From contig OZ024756.1 of NCBI GenBank assembly GCA_964016885.1, forward strand, positions 24,738,001 to 24,802,000: DNA of 64,000 nucleotides, given 5' to 3'. A program made the position numbers and the translations under genes. The notes below the pieces were generated by a model. That model was given only the letters and a program-made list of their open reading frames with translations, was not told the DNA's origin and ran no database searches. The DNA is from Eledone cirrhosa. Lineage: Eukaryota. Shown piece after piece: positions 1 through 64,000 of this stretch. The first letter of the stretch is position 1, and each line of letters starts with the position of its first letter.

Positions 1-3000
1 GACAATGGTAAGTAGTGTCAGGTTAGGGCAGCTAAAGACCCTGGGTTAGAGAACCAATGAGACAATGGTAAGTAGTGCCAGGTTAAGACAGCTAAAGACC
101 CTGGGTTAGAGAAGCAATGAGACAATGGTAAGTAGTGTCAGGTTAGGGCAGCTAAAGACCCTGGGTTAGAGAACCAATGAGACAATGGTAAGTAGTGCCA
201 GGTTAAGACAGCTAAAGACCCTGGGTTAGAGAAGCAATGAGACAATGGTAAGTAGTGCCAGGTTAAGACAGCTAAAGACCCTGGGTTAGAGAACCAATGA
301 GACAATGGTAAGTAGTGTCAGGTTAGGGCAGCTAAAGACCCTGGGTTAGAGAACCAATGAGACAATGGTAAGTAGTGTCAGGTTAGGGTAGCTAAAGACC
401 CTGGGTTAGAGAACCAATGAGACAATGGTAAGTAGTGTCAGGTTAGGGTAGCTAAAGACCCTGGGTTAGAGAAGCAATGAGACAATGGTAAGTAGTGCCA
501 GGTTAAGACAGCTAAAGACCCTGGGTTAGAGAAGCAATGAGACAATGGTAAGTAGTGCCAGGTTAAGACAGCTAAAGACCCTGGGTTAGAGAACCAATGA
601 GACAATGGTAAGTAGTGCCAGGTTAAGACAGCTAAAGACCCTGGGTTAGAGAAGCAATGAGACAATGGTAAGTAGTGCCAGGTTAAGACAGCTAAAGACC
701 CTGGGTTAGAGAACCAATGAGACAATGGTAAGTAGTGCCAGGTTAAGACAGCTAAAGACCCTGGGTTAGAGAAGCAATGAGACAATGGTAAGTAGTGCCA
801 GGTTGAGACAGCTAAAGACCCTGGGTTAGAGAACCAATGAGACAATGGTAAGTAGTGCCAGGTTAAGACAGCTAAAGACCCTGGGTTAGAGAAGCAATGA
901 GACAATGGTAAGTAGTGCCAGGTTGAGACAGCTAAAGACCCTGGGTTAGAGAACCAATGAGACAATGGTAAGTAGTGCCAGGTTAGGGCAGCTAAAGACC
1001 CTGGGTTAGAGAACCAATGAGACAATGGTAAGTAGTGTCAGGTTAGGGCAGCTAAAGACCCTGGGTTAGAGAACCAATGAGACAATGGTAAGTAGTGTCA
1101 GGTTAGGGCAGCTAAAGACCCTGGGTTAGAGAAGCAATGAGACAATGGTAAGTAGTGTCAGGTTAGGGCAGCTAAAGACCCTGGGTTAGAGAACCAATGA
1201 GACAATGGTAAGTAGTGCCAGGTTAAGACAGCTAAAGACCCTGGGTTAGAGAACCAATGAGACAATGGTAAGTAGTGCCAGGTTAAGACAGCTAAAGACC
1301 CTGGGTTAGAGAACCAATGAGACAATGGTAAGTAGTGCCAGGTTAAGACAGCTAAAGACCCTGGGTTAGAGAACCAATGAGACAATGGTAAGTAGTGCCA
1401 GGTTAAGACAGCTAAAGACCCTGGGTTAGAGAACCAATGAGACAATGGTAAGTAGTGTCAGGTTAGGGCAGCTAAAGACCCTGGGTTAGAGAACCAATGA
1501 GACAATGGTAAGTAGTGCCAGGTTAAGACAGCTAAAGACCCTGGGTTAGAGAAGCAATGAGACAATGGTAAGTAGTGCCAGGTTAAGACAGCTAAAGACC
1601 CTGGGTTAGAGAACCAATGAGACAATGGTAAGTAGTGCCAGGTTAAGACAGCTAAAGACCCTGGGTTAGAGAAGCAATGAGACAATGGTAAGTAGTGCCA
1701 GGTTAAGACAGCTAAAGACCCTGGGTTAGAGAACCAATGAGACAATGGTAAGTAGTGCCAGGTTAAGACAGCTAAAGACCCTGGGTTAGAGAAGCAATGA
1801 GACAATGGTAAGTAGTGCCAGGTTGAGACAGCTAAAGACCCTGGGTTAGAGAACCAATGAGACAATGGTAAGTAGTGCCAGGTTAGGGCAGCTAAAGACC
1901 CTGGGTTAGAGAACCAATGAGACAATGGTAAGTAGTGTCAGGTTAGGGCAGCTAAAGACCCTGGGTTAGAGAACCAATGAGACAATGGTAAGTAGTGTCA
2001 GGTTAGGGCAGCTAAAGACCCTGGGTTAGAGAAGCAATGAGACAATGGTAAGTAGTGTCAGGTTAGGGCAGCTAAAGACCCTGGGTTAGAGAACCAATGA
2101 GACAATGGTAAGTAGTGTCAGGTTAGGGCAGCTAAAGACCCTGGGTTAGAGAACCAATGAGACAATGGTAAGTAGTGTCAGGTTAGGGCAGCTAAAGACC
2201 CTGGGTTAGAGAACCAATGAGACAATGGTAAGTAGTGTCAGGTTAGGGTAGCTAAAGACCCTGGGTTAGAGAACCAATGAGACAATGGTAAGTAGTGTCA
2301 GGTTAGGGCAGCTAAAGACCCTGGGTTAGAGAACCAATGAGACAATGGTAAGTAGTGTCAGGTTAGGGTAGCTAAAGACCCTGGGTTAGAGAACCAATGA
2401 GACAATGGTAAGTAGTGTCAGGTTAGGGCAGCTAAAGACCCTGGGTTAGAGAACCAATGAGACAATGGTAAGTAGTGTCAGGTTAGGGCAGCTAAAGACC
2501 CTGGGTTAGAGAACCAATGAGACAATGGTAAGTAGTGTCAGGTTAGGGTAGCTAAAGACCCTGGGTTAGAGAACCAATGAGACAATGGTAAGTAGTGTCA
2601 GGTTAGGGCAGCTAAAGACCCTGGGTTAGAGAACCAATGAGACAATGGTAAGTAGTGTCAGGTTAGGGTAGCTAAAGACCCTGGGTTAGAGAACCAATGA
2701 GACAATGGTAAGTAGTGTCAGGTTAGGGTAGCTAAAGACCCTGGGTTAGAGAACCAATGAGACAATGGTAAGTAGTGCCGGATTAGGGGAGCTAAGGGCC
2801 CTGGATGAGAGAATGTTGAACAATGGTAAATAGTGCCGGGTTAAGACAGCTACGGACCCTGGGTTAGAGAACCAATGAGACAATGGTAAGTAGTGCCAGA
2901 TTAGGGTAGCTAACAACCCTGGGCTAGAGAATTTTTGGACATTGGTAAGTTGTGCTGGATTAGGGTAGTTAAAGACCCTGGGTGATAGAATGTTCAATAA

Positions 3001-3275
3001 TGATAGGTAGTGCCGGATTAGGACAGCTACGGACCTTGGGTTAGAGAACCAATGAGACGATGGTAAGTAGTGCCGGATTAGGACAGCTACGGACCCTGGG
3101 TTAAAGAACCAATGAGACAATGGTAAGTAGTGCCGGATTAGGGTAGCTAAAGACCCTGGGTTAGCTAAGGTCCCTGGGTTAAGAAACCAATGAGACAATG
3201 GTAAATGGTACCAGATTAGGACAGCTAAGGACCCTGGGTTATGGAACCAATGAGACAATGGTAAGTAGTGCCGGA
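1..3275 (+). repeat. 60-bp minisatellite, about 46 near-perfect units plus a degenerate tail; each unit contains AATG|GTAAGT
   Basis: Exact 60-bp period to about 2760, then diverged copies. Confidence 0.97.
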
Positions 3276-3394
3276 TTAAAAATATTTGGGCACTTGAGCA
3301 CGTGCCACACAGGAAACTTAATGAAAATTAAAAGTATATGAATCTATACCTACACAGAGATCGATACGGAGCTTCCTACATTGATCAATGCTTA

Positions 3395-3640
3395 GAGATA
3401 GATCGATGGAGAGATTCCAGCATTGATCTATGCCTACAGATAGATCGTGGCTGAGATTCCAACATTGATCTATGCCTACATATAGATCGTGGCTGAGATT
3501 CCAACATTGATCTATGCCTACATATAGATCGATGGAGAGATTCCAACATTGATCTATGCCTACATATAGATCGATGGAGAGATTCCAACATTGATCTATG
3601 CCTACAGATACATCGTGGCTGAGATTCCAGCATTAATCTA
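3395..3640. repeat. 39-bp minisatellite (about 6 units)
   Basis: Unit like atagatcgtggctgagattccaacattgatctatgcctac. Confidence 0.9.
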
Positions 3641-4047
3641 AAACAGAGGTGACACCCCCATAACAGGGCCAGTTTAAAGCAACTAAGGACCTTGCGCTAG
3701 AGTGTATATATGTATGTATATAAGTATGTGTGTTGGTATGCATACATATGTATGTATGTATGTGTGCATATGTATGTATTATGTAATTTTGTATGTATGT
3801 GTACATATGTGTGTATTATGTAATTATGTATGCATATAAATGTATGTATGTGTGTATATAAGGACTCTGGGCTAGAGTGTATGTATGCATGCATTTATAT
3901 GTATGTAAATATATATGCATGAAAGTATACATGCATGTCTATATATGTATGTATGTATACTTATATACACACATACATATGTGTGTGTGTGTGTTCTGTT
4001 GATACTGAATACTACATAACCATTCTACTATATATACATCTGTTTAG

Positions 4048-62493
<58,446 letters not shown>

Positions 62494-62503
62494 GTAAGTC
62501 AAG

Positions 62504-62591
<88 letters not shown>

Positions 62592-63665
62592 CAACATTTG
62601 TCACCTACCATCTTATAGGATGTACTGGGTGCATTTCTCTAGCACCAACACTAGAGATAATAATAATGAAAATATTGTGTACAGTGCTCAGGTGCATTAC
62701 AACTCATCAAAAGTGTATGTATAGTACATAGGGTAATGTACAAACGTCAGGAAAATGAACAGTCATGAGTCATGATATACACATGTGTGCATGTGTATGG
62801 AAGGAGATGGTATTGGTTATTGTCCCTATTGAAGAGCCTTTTCAGAACTGTAGAGGTGGGAGTGAGAAAAAGAAGATAAGTATGATGGACGTAGGGCAAG
62901 TATGGTGGGATTTGTCTTGGGGATGGGTGAGAGGAAAGATGTGACCCCCAATAACTTGGGGTGGGGGTAGTCACTGGTGTGACAAAACTTTTAAGAGGGA
63001 TATAATTATGGTAAGAGTAGTTACTATGAGGTGATAGTGAAAGAAGTGTGAATGGGGTGGGCAATAGTTTAGGAGGTGGATGAGGGGCACTTGCCAGAGT
63101 CCGGATTTGGGGCGAGGGGGGGGGCAGTAACAGTGGGAATAATGGCTAAGGTGTGATAATGGAGGGGGGTGTAGATGAAGTGGTGGTAGTCAGGAATGGA
63201 GAGATAGAAACTAAGGAATTTAGAAGAGAGTATAGTGATGGTGAAAATAGCCAAGGAATGATAATGGGTGCGGGGAGATGATTTGGGTTGGGGTGTACAG
63301 TGATCGTAAGGATAGCTACTAAGGAGTGGTTGTGGGGAGAGGGAGACATGGGGTTGAGTCAGGTAATATTTTATACTAATAGGTGGGTCTTCTCCAGTAC
63401 AGCATGTTACCAATTCTCACAGTGCTTTGTCATCTCTGTTGTGAAGTTCAACTTCTTAAGGTTGGTCTTCATTCCCTCATCCCCATCTTTAAGGGTCTGT
63501 CTATCTCCCTCAAGTCCCAATAAAAGAAGACCATCTATTTATCTATGTATCTGTCTATTTATCTATCTATCTACCCATCTCCCTCTCTCTCGCTCTCTCT
63601 CTCTCTATATATATATATATATTAATTCAAAATATTAATAAATATAGACATTCAACGTAATCAAA

Positions 63666-63737
63666 ATATATTTTATTATATATATTTCGGAGGTACTGTG
63701 GTGTTTTTTCAGTACGTCCTCATCAGATAAAATATAT
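63666..63737 (-). ncRNA. Minimal type I hammerhead ribozyme (best-formed example)
   Basis: AUAUAUUUUAU-CUGAUGA-GGAcGUACUG[loop]CAGUACcUCC-GAA-AUAUAUAU-A-AUAAAAUAUAU: 11-bp stem I, G-C closed stem II. Confidence 0.82.
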
Positions 63738-63793
63738 AAATTGATGTATGATATACCTCAACTGTGCTGATGGTTCAATTCCAGTTTTGGCAG

Positions 63794-63847
<54 letters not shown>

Positions 63848-63945
63848 GAACAAGTATGACCCCGACAGCAGAGCTCAAGCCGTTTCGACGGTATTGAGTA
63901 TTTTGGTGCATTATGGTCCAACTGGTTCCTTACCACAATTCCTTC

Positions 63946-64000
<55 letters not shown>

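Noticed and set aside
1-2760. Array of 18-nt microexons (ag|AGAACCAATGAGACAATG|gt) or telomeric TTAGGG repeats
   Set aside because: Implied introns are 42 nt with no pyrimidine tract; TTAGGG occurs at most once per unit.
1-3275. Possible CRISPR array or repeat-protein ORFs on the - strand
   Set aside because: No unique spacers, eukaryotic intron, and the ORFs arise only from the 60-bp period.

Overview
Repeat-rich eukaryotic genomic DNA; the SINE and microsatellite content suggests a coleoid cephalopod (octopus-like), which is an inference. The whole window is the interior of one + strand gene, a fibrocystin-L/PKHD1L1-like giant surface protein. I traced 30 GT-AG exons from 4048 to 62493 (6398 nt, about 2132 codons) that join in phase with no stop codon, covering IPT/TIG repeats, a cupredoxin-like insert, a G8 domain and the start of the PbH1 beta-helix. 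Start and stop codons lie outside the window. Introns hold tRNA-type SINEs, RTE LINE fragments, MITEs, a non-autonomous Helitron and long (TA)n tracts. Two patterns stand out. (1) At least a dozen type I hammerhead-ribozyme motifs from several unrelated short elements embedded in (TA)n, many in fold-back palindromes, including a three-copy family with a non-canonical CAGAAGA core (Penelope-like/retrozyme-like). (2) Minisatellites seeded on real exon ends that multiply the 5' splice site up to about 50-fold, with an AG-free counterpart at one acceptor. All structures were folded and translated by eye; none was tested computationally.
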